The notes below the pieces were generated by a model. The model saw only the letters and a list, made by a program, of their open reading frames with translations. It was not told the origin of the DNA and made no database searches. Both the position numbers and the translations under genes were made by a program. From assembly GCA_038323475.1 (NCBI GenBank), contig JBBQHA010000001.1, positions 720 to 64,719 on the forward strand: a stretch of 64,000 bases of DNA. The letters run 5' to 3'. Position 1 is the first letter of the stretch; every line of letters starts with the position of its first letter. This document shows positions 1-8,540 of this stretch, in pieces. The DNA comes from Lysobacterales bacterium. GTDB lineage: Bacteria > Pseudomonadota > Gammaproteobacteria > Xanthomonadales > Xanthomonadaceae.

Positions 1-962
1 GCGCGGGCGTGGACCATCTTCTGGGCCTCGGCCACGTTCGCGGCGGTGTTCGCGCCCCAGATCTTCAGCGCCGCCGACTGCATCGCGCGGCCATAGCTGA
101 AGGACAGCGGCCACGGATGCGGACCCATCCGGTTCATCGCATCCAGGTGCGCGGTCGCGTCGCGGTCGGACTGGCCGCCGGACAGGAACACGATGCCCGG
201 CAGCACCGCCGGCACCGTCGTCCTCAGGCAGCGCAGGGTCGCTTCCGCGACGTCCTCGACACCGGCCTGGTCCGGGCAATCCTTGCCGGCGATGACCATG
301 CTGGCCTTGAGGATCGTGCCTTCCAGCAGCACGTTGTGCTCGTACAGCGCGCCGAACAGCGAACGCAGGGTCACTTCGGTGACTTCGTAGCAGACTTCGA
401 TGTCGTGCTCGCCATCCATCAGGATTTCCGGTTCCACCATCGGCACCAGCCCGGTTTCCTGGCACAGCGCGGCGTAGCGTGCGAGCGCATGGCAGTTCGA
501 TTCGATGCAGGTACCGGACGGGATGTCGTCGCCGATGTTGATCACCGCGCGCCATTTCGCGAAACGAGCCCCGAGCCGCGCATATTCCTTGAGCCGGTCG
601 CGCAGGCCGTCAAGACCTTCCGTGACGACCTCGCCCGGGAATCCGGCCAGCGCCTGCGGTCCCTTGTCGACCTTGATGCCCGGGATGATGCCGGCCTTGG
701 ACATCAGCGTCGCGAACGGCACGCCGTCGCGGGTTTTCTGGCGCAGGGTTTCGTCGTACAGGATCGCGCCGGAAATGTGCTCGCCCAGGCCCGGCGTCGA
801 CAACAGCATTTCGCGATAGGCGCGGCGGTTCTCTTCGTTGTTCTCGACGCCCACGCTCTGGAAGCGCTTCGCGATGGTGTTGGTGGATTCGTCGATCGCG
901 ATGATGCCCTTGCCCGGGGCCACCATGGCCTGGGCGGTTTCGGCAAGCTGGTCGATGCTCAT
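1..962 (-). CDS. fba: fructose-bisphosphate aldolase, class I (partial; C-terminus lies beyond the window start)
   Basis: Absent from the ORF track because it runs off the window edge. Manual reverse-strand translation from the ATG at 960-962 gives MSIDQLAETAQAMVAPGKGIIAIDESTNTIAKRF...IIPGIKVDKG...LVPMVEPEILMDGEH...GTILKASMV...VFLSGGQS...SFSYGRA, the class I (Schiff-base) aldolase pattern. Confidence 0.85.
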   Translation of the reverse strand, partial: MSIDQLAETAQAMVAPGKGIIAIDESTNTIAKRFQSVGVENNEENRRAYREMLLSTPGLGEHISGAILYDETLRQKTRDGVPFATLMSKAGIIPGIKVDKGPQALAGFPGEVVTEGLDGLRDRLKEYARLGARFAKWRAVINIGDDIPSGTCIESNCHALARYAALCQETGLVPMVEPEILMDGEHDIEVCYEVTEVTLRSLFGALYEHNVLLEGTILKASMVIAGKDCPDQAGVEDVAEATLRCLRTTVPAVLPGIVFLSGGQSDRDATAHLDAMNRMGPHPWPLSFSYGRAMQSAALKIWGANTAANVAEAQKMVHAR

Positions 963-1072
963 GTATGGGTTCCAGGGAGAGAAGAATGGATAGCCCATTA
1001 TTGTAGCCTAACGCCCGCGGCCGATCCGGGGCCCGCCATCGCATCGCCAGCGGCTCACGAAGGAGTGGCTCC

Positions 1073-2272
1073 ATGATCGGCACCAAGGCCCCAGCCCAGC
1101 TCGCATGCTCGCGCAACCCATCGCGTCCAGCGCGCTTCCTGCTGCTCGTGCTCATGCTCGCAATGGCTGCGCCGGCACTGGCGGGCAAGCCGCGCGCGCG
1201 CGACCTCGGCATTCCTTTCGACGGCACCCCGGGTCACAACAACGCGATCACCGATGTCGACGGCGTCACCGTCGGCTTCACGACCGTCATCGCCGACCTG
1301 CCAGACAAGGTCGCCGTGCGCACCGGCGTCACCGCGATCCTGCCGCGCGGCCGGGCGACGCTGGACCAGCCGGTGTTCGCGGGCCTGTTCGCGCTGAACG
1401 GCAATGGCGAGATGACCGGCAGCCACTGGGTCGAGGAATCGGGCTTCCTCGAAGGCCCGGTGATGCTGACCAATACGCACAGCGTCGGCGTGGTGCGCGA
1501 CGCGGTCATCAAATACCGTGTCGACCAAGGCACCCCCGACGCGTCGGGCTATTGGTGGTCGCTGCCGGTCGTCGCCGAGACCTGGGACGGCGACCTCAAC
1601 GACATCAACGGCTTCCACGTCACCCCCGAACACGTGGCGCATGCGCTCGACAGCGCGAGCGGCGGGCCGGTCGCGGAAGGCAATATCGGCGGCGGCACCG
1701 GCATGATCTGCCACGAATTCAAGTGCGGCACCGGCACCGCGTCGCGCATCGCCACGATCGACGGGCATGGCTACACCGTCGGCGCACTCGTGCAGGCGAA
1801 CTATGGAGTGCGCGGCGAATTGCGCATCGCCGGCGTTCCGGTCGGCCAGGAACTGAAGGACGACCTGCCGAGGGTCGTGTCGAAAGACCGGGGTTCGATC
1901 ATCATCGTGCTCGCGACCGACGCGCCGCTGCTGCCGACCCAGCTCAAGCGGATCGCGCGCCGCGCAGCGATGGGCCTCGCGCGCAATGGTTCCTACGCCG
2001 GCAATGGATCAGGCGACATCTTCATCGCGTTCTCGACCGCGAACCCCGGCACCGGCCAGCACCAGGCGACCGATCGCATCAGCATGCTCGGCAACGACGA
2101 GATCGATCCGTTATTCATCGCGGCGGTCGACGCGACCGAGGAAGCGATCATCAACGCGATGGTCGCCGCCGACAGCATGACCGGAACTGGCGGTTTTCAT
2201 GCGGCCGCGATCGACCACGAGGCCCTGCGCAAGGTGCTGAAGCAGTACGGGCGATTGCTGCCGGTGAAGTAA
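1073..2272 (+). CDS. P1/S58 family peptidase (DmpA-like aminopeptidase), secreted
   Basis: 399 aa. Signal-like N-terminus LLLVLMLAMAAPALAG. DmpA/S58-type motifs: NAITDVDGVTVGF, TGVTAILP, GNIGGGTGMICHEFKCGTGTAS, GSIIIVLATDAPL. Confidence 0.8.
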   Translation: MIGTKAPAQLACSRNPSRPARFLLLVLMLAMAAPALAGKPRARDLGIPFDGTPGHNNAITDVDGVTVGFTTVIADLPDKVAVRTGVTAILPRGRATLDQPVFAGLFALNGNGEMTGSHWVEESGFLEGPVMLTNTHSVGVVRDAVIKYRVDQGTPDASGYWWSLPVVAETWDGDLNDINGFHVTPEHVAHALDSASGGPVAEGNIGGGTGMICHEFKCGTGTASRIATIDGHGYTVGALVQANYGVRGELRIAGVPVGQELKDDLPRVVSKDRGSIIIVLATDAPLLPTQLKRIARRAAMGLARNGSYAGNGSGDIFIAFSTANPGTGQHQATDRISMLGNDEIDPLFIAAVDATEEAIINAMVAADSMTGTGGFHAAAIDHEALRKVLKQYGRLLPVK

Positions 2273-2285
2273 CCGCGCGACGCCC

Positions 2286-3764
2286 CTACAATTCCCCAAG
2301 CCCGTCCGCCACGCCGTCCTTGCCCACTTCCAGCAGACGCAACGTGTTGGTTGCGCCGCGCAGTTCCATCGTGTCGCCGCTGGTGAAGATCAGCTTGTCG
2401 CCTTCGGCGAGCAGGCCGGCCCGGAACAGCACGCCGACCGCGGAACGCGCGGCGTCGCGCGGCGGCAGGCCGCGGCTGTCGAACGCGATCGGGAACACGT
2501 CGCGCATCATCGCCATCCGCCGGCGCGCGTCGGCATGGCGCGAGAGTCCGTAGATCGGCACCGATGAGCGATAGCGCGACAGGAACCGCGCGGTGCCGCC
2601 GGATTCGGTCAGCACGACCACGGCGCGCACCTTGATGTGTTCGGTCAGGAACATCGTCGCCATCGCGATCGCCTGGTCGGCCTGTTCGAGGTTGCGCTGC
2701 GCCTTCTCGAAATCGGTGTCGGCCTCGAACTGGCGCTCGGCGCCGAGGCAGATGCGCACCATCGCCTCGACCGCGCGCAACGGATGCAGGCCCGACGCCG
2801 ATTCGGCCGACAGCATCACCGCGTCGGTGCCGTCGATCACCGCATTGGCGACATCGAGGACTTCGGCGCGCGTCGGGATCGGGTGGTCGACCATCGACTG
2901 CAGCATCTGCGTCGCGGTGATGACGACGCGACTGCGCGCGCGCGTCTCGCGGATGATCTTCTTCTGCAGGCCCGGCAATTCGGCGTCGCCGATCTCCACG
3001 CCGAGGTCGCCGCGCGCGACCATCACCACGTCGGACGCATCGATGATCTCGGCGAGGTTCTCGATCGCCTCTGCGCGCTCGATCTTCGCGACCAGCGCCG
3101 CGCGCGACCCCGCCTCGCGCGCGAGCCGGCGCGCCTCGTGCATGTCCTGCGCGGAACGGCAGAACGAAATCGCCATGAAATCCACGCCGATCTTCGCCGC
3201 ATGCACGATGTCGGCGCGGTCCTTGTCGGACAGCGCGCCCAGCGACAGCCCGCCGCCGAGCCTGTTCAATCCCTTGCGATCCGACAGCACGCCATCGGTG
3301 ATCACGACGGTGCGGATGTCGGCGCCTTCGATCGCGACCACGCGCAGCGCGATCAGGCCGTCGTCGAGCAGCAGCACGTCGCCCGCATGCACGTCGTCGA
3401 CCAGCCCGAGGTAACTCATGCCGACCCGGGTTTCGTCGCCCATCGGTGCATCCGCGCGGCACATCAGGGTGAAGGCCCCGCCTTCGCGCAGTTGCACCTT
3501 GCCCTCGGCGAAGCGCTCGACGCGGATCTTCGGGCCCTGGAAATCGGCGAGCACGCCGACTTCGCGACGCAGCTCCTGCGCGATCGCGCGCACCTCGGCT
3601 GCGCGCCGCGCGTGGTCCTCCGCCAGGCCGTGCGAAAAGTTCAGCCGCACCACGTCCACGCCCGCGCGCAGCAGCGATTCGAGCACGCCGGGCGCATCGG
3701 TGGAGGGACCGAGCGTGGCAAGGATCTTGGTGCGGCGCAGCTGGTCGGTCATGACGGGATCCAT
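2286..3764 (-). CDS. pykA: pyruvate kinase
   Basis: 492 aa with RRTKILATLGPSTD, VDVVRLNFSHG, MVARGDLGVEI and ATQMLQSM motifs. Start could be the internal Met 4 codons downstream. Confidence 0.95.
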   Translation of the reverse strand: MDPVMTDQLRRTKILATLGPSTDAPGVLESLLRAGVDVVRLNFSHGLAEDHARRAAEVRAIAQELRREVGVLADFQGPKIRVERFAEGKVQLREGGAFTLMCRADAPMGDETRVGMSYLGLVDDVHAGDVLLLDDGLIALRVVAIEGADIRTVVITDGVLSDRKGLNRLGGGLSLGALSDKDRADIVHAAKIGVDFMAISFCRSAQDMHEARRLAREAGSRAALVAKIERAEAIENLAEIIDASDVVMVARGDLGVEIGDAELPGLQKKIIRETRARSRVVITATQMLQSMVDHPIPTRAEVLDVANAVIDGTDAVMLSAESASGLHPLRAVEAMVRICLGAERQFEADTDFEKAQRNLEQADQAIAMATMFLTEHIKVRAVVVLTESGGTARFLSRYRSSVPIYGLSRHADARRRMAMMRDVFPIAFDSRGLPPRDAARSAVGVLFRAGLLAEGDKLIFTSGDTMELRGATNTLRLLEVGKDGVADGLGEL

Positions 3765-3828
3765 GCATGGGGAAAACGCGTTCGCGGGTCGGACTCTACG
3801 GCATGACCGTGCGAACGACGTGTCGGAT

Positions 3829-6243
3829 TCATTGCGAGTGGCCGGCCTTGCCCGCCGGCATCGCTGGCGAACCCGGCTGCGTGGCGGGCTGCTCCTGCAC
3901 CGGCTGCACGTACGCGCGGCGGGCCTTGTACATGTCCAGGCGCTCGCGCATCCGCATCGCCGTATCGGATGCGGGGTCGAGCATCGCTAGCGCGCGCGCT
4001 TGCGACGCGGTCGCGTCCTCGAAATGCGCGATGGCGGCCTGGCACGCGGCCAGCGTATCGACGAATCCGGCCCGAGCTTTCGCGGACGCGACGTGCTGCA
4101 CGGCTTCAAGCCCCTTGCGCGGATCGCGCGCGCCTGCATCCGGCGTCGTGCACAGCTCCCAGCCCATGTCGTTCCATGCGACGTCGTTGCCCGCCTGCGC
4201 GGATTTCGTCCACAGGTCGATGGCGCGCGCGCGATCGGATGCCAGCCCGACGCCGTTGAACATGTCGCTGGCGATCATCGTGGCGACGCCGGGATCGGCC
4301 TTGGCCAGCGCCTTCTCGGCCCACTGCTGGGCGCCATCGGCATCGCGCGGACCGAGTTTCCCTGCGTAAAGCGCACGCGCCAGCGTGACCATGGCGACCG
4401 CATCGCCCGTCTCCGCATCCTTGGTCAGCACGGCTTTCGCTCGCGGCAGATCGCGGGCGATGCCACGACCGTCGATCAGCATCTTCGCCAGGTGGCGGCG
4501 CGCGGTGAAACCGGCCTTGCTGGTGGGCATGTCCTGATCGATGGCCTGGTAGAGCGTGACGGACTGCTTCGACGAACCGGCAGGAAATCCTTTCGGCTCG
4601 TCCTCCATCAACGCGGCCAGGTCCAGCATCGACTCGGTGTCGCTGAGTTGGGTGGCGCTGAGGAACCATTCGGCCGCCAGTCGCGTGGAATCCGGCTGCG
4701 CCGACTGGTCCGCGTAATGCCAGGCGACGTAGCGCATCGACGGAATGTCTCCGAGCATGCCGGCCTGGGTCCGCCAGCGCAGCGCCTGCACGGGATCGGC
4801 GGGCACGCCCGGCTCATCGCCGGTTTCGTAGGCCCAGGCAAGAATCGAAACGACGGCAGCGCGCAGCCGTCCCGATGTCGTCATTCCGGCAATCGCTGCG
4901 GCATTGCGCATCGTCGCCGCACCGTCCTTGTTCCGCGCAGACACAGCGAGCGCATAGCGCGCACCGAAATAGCCGAGCCCCGCCTTGTCGACCTGCTGCC
5001 GGTAGCGTTGCACTTTGGCGGCATCCACATCGAACGCGGCGATCATGCCGGCCAGGCGCAATGCCATGCCCGCCGCGAGTGCGTCGCCGCCGTCGGCCGC
5101 CGCGGAGAGTTGCCCATGGGCCCAGCGCCGGAACGTGCTGGCGTCGTAGGTGTTCAGCCTGTCCAGCTCGAAATAGGCCTGGAACGCCGCGCCGACGCCT
5201 TCCTTTTTCGCGGCGCCCTGCATCAGCGCCTTCGCGGCTTCCTCGTCGTGCTTGATGCCCTCCACCTTCGTGTATGCGTAGGCCAGCAGCACCATCGGCG
5301 CCGCATGGCCCTTCTCGGCGAACGACAGCAAGTCGTCGACGGCCGTCATGGTGCAGCCGGCCTTCGGGCGCGCGAAGCAGTAGTCGGCCAGCACGATCGC
5401 CGCGGACATGTCGTCGACGGCCGCCAGTTGCTTGATGCGCGCAGCGCGTTTTTCCACGGGTTCTTCGTCGAGCGCACCCAGCGTCGTTTGCACGGATCCG
5501 GTCGTCATGGATGCGTCGCGAAACGCTTTCGCGGATTGCTGGAGCGCCAGGATGCGGATGTAGGGGGAACGGGACGCTTCCGGATTGCGGATGAGCCGCA
5601 GGCGCGACTGCACCAACTCGAACGACAGGTTGCGCTCGCGCCCGCTGACCTGATCGCGCAGGCCGGTGCGCCAGATGATGCCGTTTGCGATGTTGTCCAG
5701 GTCGACGTACGAGTACGTCACGGTCTCGCCACTGGCATCGAGCAATGCATTGCCGTCGATGACGGTGCCGATCGGGATCGGCGTCTGGCCATCGTCGGGA
5801 GGAACTCCGGCGAGCATGTCGCGCAGTACCGCAGCGAGCGCATTTTCGCTTGCGTCGCGCGCTGCGGCGCCGCCAAGCGCCTCTGCGCAGCGCACCTTGA
5901 AATACCAGACGCCCAGGCTCAGTGGAGCGTGCCGCGCCGCACGATCGAGCGCATCCGCATGCGCCCGGCAACCGGATGCGCCGACCTTGCCCTTGTCGAC
6001 TTCCATGAGTTTCGCGGCATGGAACGCCTCGTCGATCGCATCCACGCTTGCGGATGCCTCGAACTGCGCGCGGATCTGCGCAACCGGGGTTGTCGCAGGC
6101 GATGGAAATTCCGGCATCGTCGCCGCCGTGGCGGGCGCAACGCACACCCACAACCCAAGTGCAGCGCAGCCCACCGAGGCGCGCAGCGAGAGCGCATCCA
6201 AGGCCACCTCAATTCTTCCTGTCGGCATCGGGGCTGGCGCCAT
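3829..6243 (-). CDS. secreted Sel1/TPR-like repeat protein
   Basis: Long ORF with GC3-biased codon usage and a hydrophobic N-terminal segment GCAALGLWVCVAPATAA. The C-terminal half has Sel1-like units, e.g. AQQWAEKALAKADPGVATMIASDMFNGVGLASDRARAIDLWTKSAQAGNDVAWNDMGW. An alternative GTG start at 6207 lies just downstream of the upstream stop codon. Confidence 0.6.
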   Translation of the reverse strand: MAPAPMPTGRIEVALDALSLRASVGCAALGLWVCVAPATAATMPEFPSPATTPVAQIRAQFEASASVDAIDEAFHAAKLMEVDKGKVGASGCRAHADALDRAARHAPLSLGVWYFKVRCAEALGGAAARDASENALAAVLRDMLAGVPPDDGQTPIPIGTVIDGNALLDASGETVTYSYVDLDNIANGIIWRTGLRDQVSGRERNLSFELVQSRLRLIRNPEASRSPYIRILALQQSAKAFRDASMTTGSVQTTLGALDEEPVEKRAARIKQLAAVDDMSAAIVLADYCFARPKAGCTMTAVDDLLSFAEKGHAAPMVLLAYAYTKVEGIKHDEEAAKALMQGAAKKEGVGAAFQAYFELDRLNTYDASTFRRWAHGQLSAAADGGDALAAGMALRLAGMIAAFDVDAAKVQRYRQQVDKAGLGYFGARYALAVSARNKDGAATMRNAAAIAGMTTSGRLRAAVVSILAWAYETGDEPGVPADPVQALRWRTQAGMLGDIPSMRYVAWHYADQSAQPDSTRLAAEWFLSATQLSDTESMLDLAALMEDEPKGFPAGSSKQSVTLYQAIDQDMPTSKAGFTARRHLAKMLIDGRGIARDLPRAKAVLTKDAETGDAVAMVTLARALYAGKLGPRDADGAQQWAEKALAKADPGVATMIASDMFNGVGLASDRARAIDLWTKSAQAGNDVAWNDMGWELCTTPDAGARDPRKGLEAVQHVASAKARAGFVDTLAACQAAIAHFEDATASQARALAMLDPASDTAMRMRERLDMYKARRAYVQPVQEQPATQPGSPAMPAGKAGHSQ

Positions 6244-8290
6244 TTCCGTTGTCGTCCAGGATTCCCTTGACCAGCCTGCTCAACCGGTCCTCGCGCACTT
6301 CGGCGGTGTCGTTCCTGGACACCAGGAAACGCCGGTTGACCAGGTCGTTGACCTGGCGCTCGCCCTCGACCAGGCGCCCGACCGCATCGCCTTCGACGTA
6401 TGCGGCGGTGCTGCGGTAACGGTGCACGAAGCTCACCTGCGCATCCTTCTGGCTGGTCGTGAGCGAGTAGTTCATGCCGGGCACGTCGATCGACTTGTGC
6501 AGGTTCGCACCGCGCCACGACCAGCCCGGCGGAAGCTCGAACTCGATGCGCTGCTCGGCATCGACGGGATTGCTGAGCGCGATCGGATAGTGGTTTTCCA
6601 TGCCGGCCGGCAGCTGCACATAGGTTTCGATCGCATTGGCTTCGGTGTCGAAACCGCGGATCCCCTCGTCGAAATCGGCCCAGGGATCGCCCAGGGCGTA
6701 GCTTTCGGTGATGACGATGCGATTGGCCGCAGGATCGTCCTGCACCTGCAAGGGTTCGGCCACGCGGATATGGCTGTAACGCTTGCCGTAGTAGTTCATG
6801 TACTCGCTCTGCAGGCGTTCGCGATCGGTGTCGGCGAGGCGAGTGCGCATGCTCTCCGCCGCCGTGCCGCCGACTTCGGTGATCACCTGCAGGCGCACGT
6901 TCTTGCCGTCCGCATCCGGCTGGTAGCGCTCGTTCACGCGCCAGCGCGCGAGCGCGCCGGATGTCTGCGTCACCGGAACCAGCGCATCGACGCCGGCAGC
7001 CACCGGCAGGGCGTCGCCGAAATTCGAAACGGCGTGATCGTCGAGGCTGCCGCGTTGCTGGCTGCGGGTCGGATCGAGCCAGATCGTCCGGCTGCCGAGA
7101 TGCACCCGCACGATCACATGGTCGAAAGCCGCCGCCGAGGGCGGTTGCCGCGCCGCCCAAGGTCCGCCGCGACTGGCCACCAGCGCGGGTTCGGCGACGA
7201 TGCCAAGCCGGCCGAGGATGGTCGCGAGCAGGCGCGCCTTGTCCTTGCAATCGCCCGCGCGCTTGCGCCACACGTCCGCCGGTTCGGCCGGGCGATGCGA
7301 GTTCTCGCCGATCTCGACGCCGAAATAGCGCACCTGGTCCTGCACCGCTTCCAGCGCATGCACGACGCGCGACTCCTTGTCCGGCAGCGCCGACCATTCG
7401 CGGATCAGCGCCTCGAGGTCTTCCGGCAGCGGTTTCGCGGCCGGATACAGCGCACGCGCCCAGGTCGCGATGTCCCGCCAGCTATGACGTTCGGCGATGA
7501 TCGCGCGCGGCAGCGGAACGAACCACGACGGATAACTGCCGTCTTCCGAAACCGGCTTGAGGTTGTGCTGTTCGATGGTGATCAGTTTGCCGGCGGCGAC
7601 CGTCTCGACGCGCTCGGCGGGAATCCGCGCATCGCGCTGCACCAGCGGATCGGAACCGGCATCGAAGATCACCCGCATCCGCTGCCACAACAACGGGCTC
7701 TTGCCGCCGAAGCTCAGGTCTTCCGCGTCGAGTCCCGCGAGCACCGGGTTGGCACCTTCAACGGTGTAGCTGACCCGCACCAGGTCGCCAACGCGCAGGT
7801 CATCGAGCACCAGCAGCGCGGTGACCTCGCCCGTGGATAGGTCGGACTCGAAATCCGTTTCGCGCCGGGCCAGGGTGATCGCCTCGGGCTTCAGCCGCGT
7901 CGTCCAGCGACCGTCCCTCCGCAATTCGACGCGGTGGATCGTGAGCGACTGGAAATCCGGCAGGAAACCGATCTGGTACTTGGATGCATCCGCAAGCCCT
8001 GCCTGCGTCATCGGCTGGTAGATGTAGTCGTGGTAAACCGCGCGCTTGCCGTGGCGTCGGTCCACCTGGATGTCGTACTGCCAGTTGCGCCAGACCGCGC
8101 CGGTCGCCCCGGGCGCATCCGCCGCCCATTGCTCCGCAGGCCTCGCCGGATCGACCCAGTCCGGTGCGGGCGCAACGTCGAATCGGTAGCCACCGGTGTT
8201 GAATGCCTGCGCGTGCACGCCGACGACCGCCACCATCCACACCGCGCAGCACAGGGCGCACGCCTGCAATCCGTCCCGCAACCGTTTCAT
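6209..8290 (-). CDS. DUF3857-type N-domain / transglutaminase-like cysteine protease family protein, secreted
   Basis: Start placed at MKRLRDGLQACALCCAVWMVAVVGVHAQA (signal peptide; ATG at 8288-8290). Transglutaminase core triad context: RAGDCKDKARLLATILG (Cys), AFDHVIVRVHL (His), WLDPT (Asp). Confidence 0.75.
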   Translation of the reverse strand: MKRLRDGLQACALCCAVWMVAVVGVHAQAFNTGGYRFDVAPAPDWVDPARPAEQWAADAPGATGAVWRNWQYDIQVDRRHGKRAVYHDYIYQPMTQAGLADASKYQIGFLPDFQSLTIHRVELRRDGRWTTRLKPEAITLARRETDFESDLSTGEVTALLVLDDLRVGDLVRVSYTVEGANPVLAGLDAEDLSFGGKSPLLWQRMRVIFDAGSDPLVQRDARIPAERVETVAAGKLITIEQHNLKPVSEDGSYPSWFVPLPRAIIAERHSWRDIATWARALYPAAKPLPEDLEALIREWSALPDKESRVVHALEAVQDQVRYFGVEIGENSHRPAEPADVWRKRAGDCKDKARLLATILGRLGIVAEPALVASRGGPWAARQPPSAAAFDHVIVRVHLGSRTIWLDPTRSQQRGSLDDHAVSNFGDALPVAAGVDALVPVTQTSGALARWRVNERYQPDADGKNVRLQVITEVGGTAAESMRTRLADTDRERLQSEYMNYYGKRYSHIRVAEPLQVQDDPAANRIVITESYALGDPWADFDEGIRGFDTEANAIETYVQLPAGMENHYPIALSNPVDAEQRIEFELPPGWSWRGANLHKSIDVPGMNYSLTTSQKDAQVSFVHRYRSTAAYVEGDAVGRLVEGERQVNDLVNRRFLVSRNDTAEVREDRLSRLVKGILDDNGNGASPDADRKN

Positions 8291-8540
8291 CGTTCCTGCA
8301 CCCCGGCACCATCCATCGCTGCACAAGCTTACACAACCGCGCCGGTGCGATGCCGGGCCGGATCCTGGCGCATGCCGATGACCGCCGCTGGGTGCGTGCC
8401 GGGCCACGACCGACCCTGCGTTATCATGGGATCCGACCGCCGCCGGATGCATTCGCAATGCCGGCCTCGACATGTCCCGTGTTGCGAGTTGCCAGGCCAC
8501 GGCGGCTCGTCCTCATTCCGCTCCTGCACGAAATGGTTTG

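Noticed and set aside
9-1076. 355-aa plus-strand ORF at the window start.
   Set aside because: It is the antisense shadow of the class I aldolase gene. Its Arg/Ala/His-rich composition matches no family, whereas the reverse strand gives a clean aldolase sequence.
2197-3806. ORFs 2197..3768 (-, 523 aa), 2593..3414 (+) and 2637..3806 (+) overlapping pyk.
   Set aside because: Alternative-frame or antisense ORFs with Arg/Pro/Gly-rich low-complexity translations typical of high-GC shadows. The pyruvate kinase frame explains the region.
4000-7840. Long plus-strand ORFs 4000..6270 (756 aa) and 5666..7840 (724 aa), plus minus-strand alternate frames 4814..6151 and 5919..7397.
   Set aside because: They are antisense or out of frame relative to the Sel1-repeat and transglutaminase-like genes. 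No motifs; skewed R/A/G/H composition.
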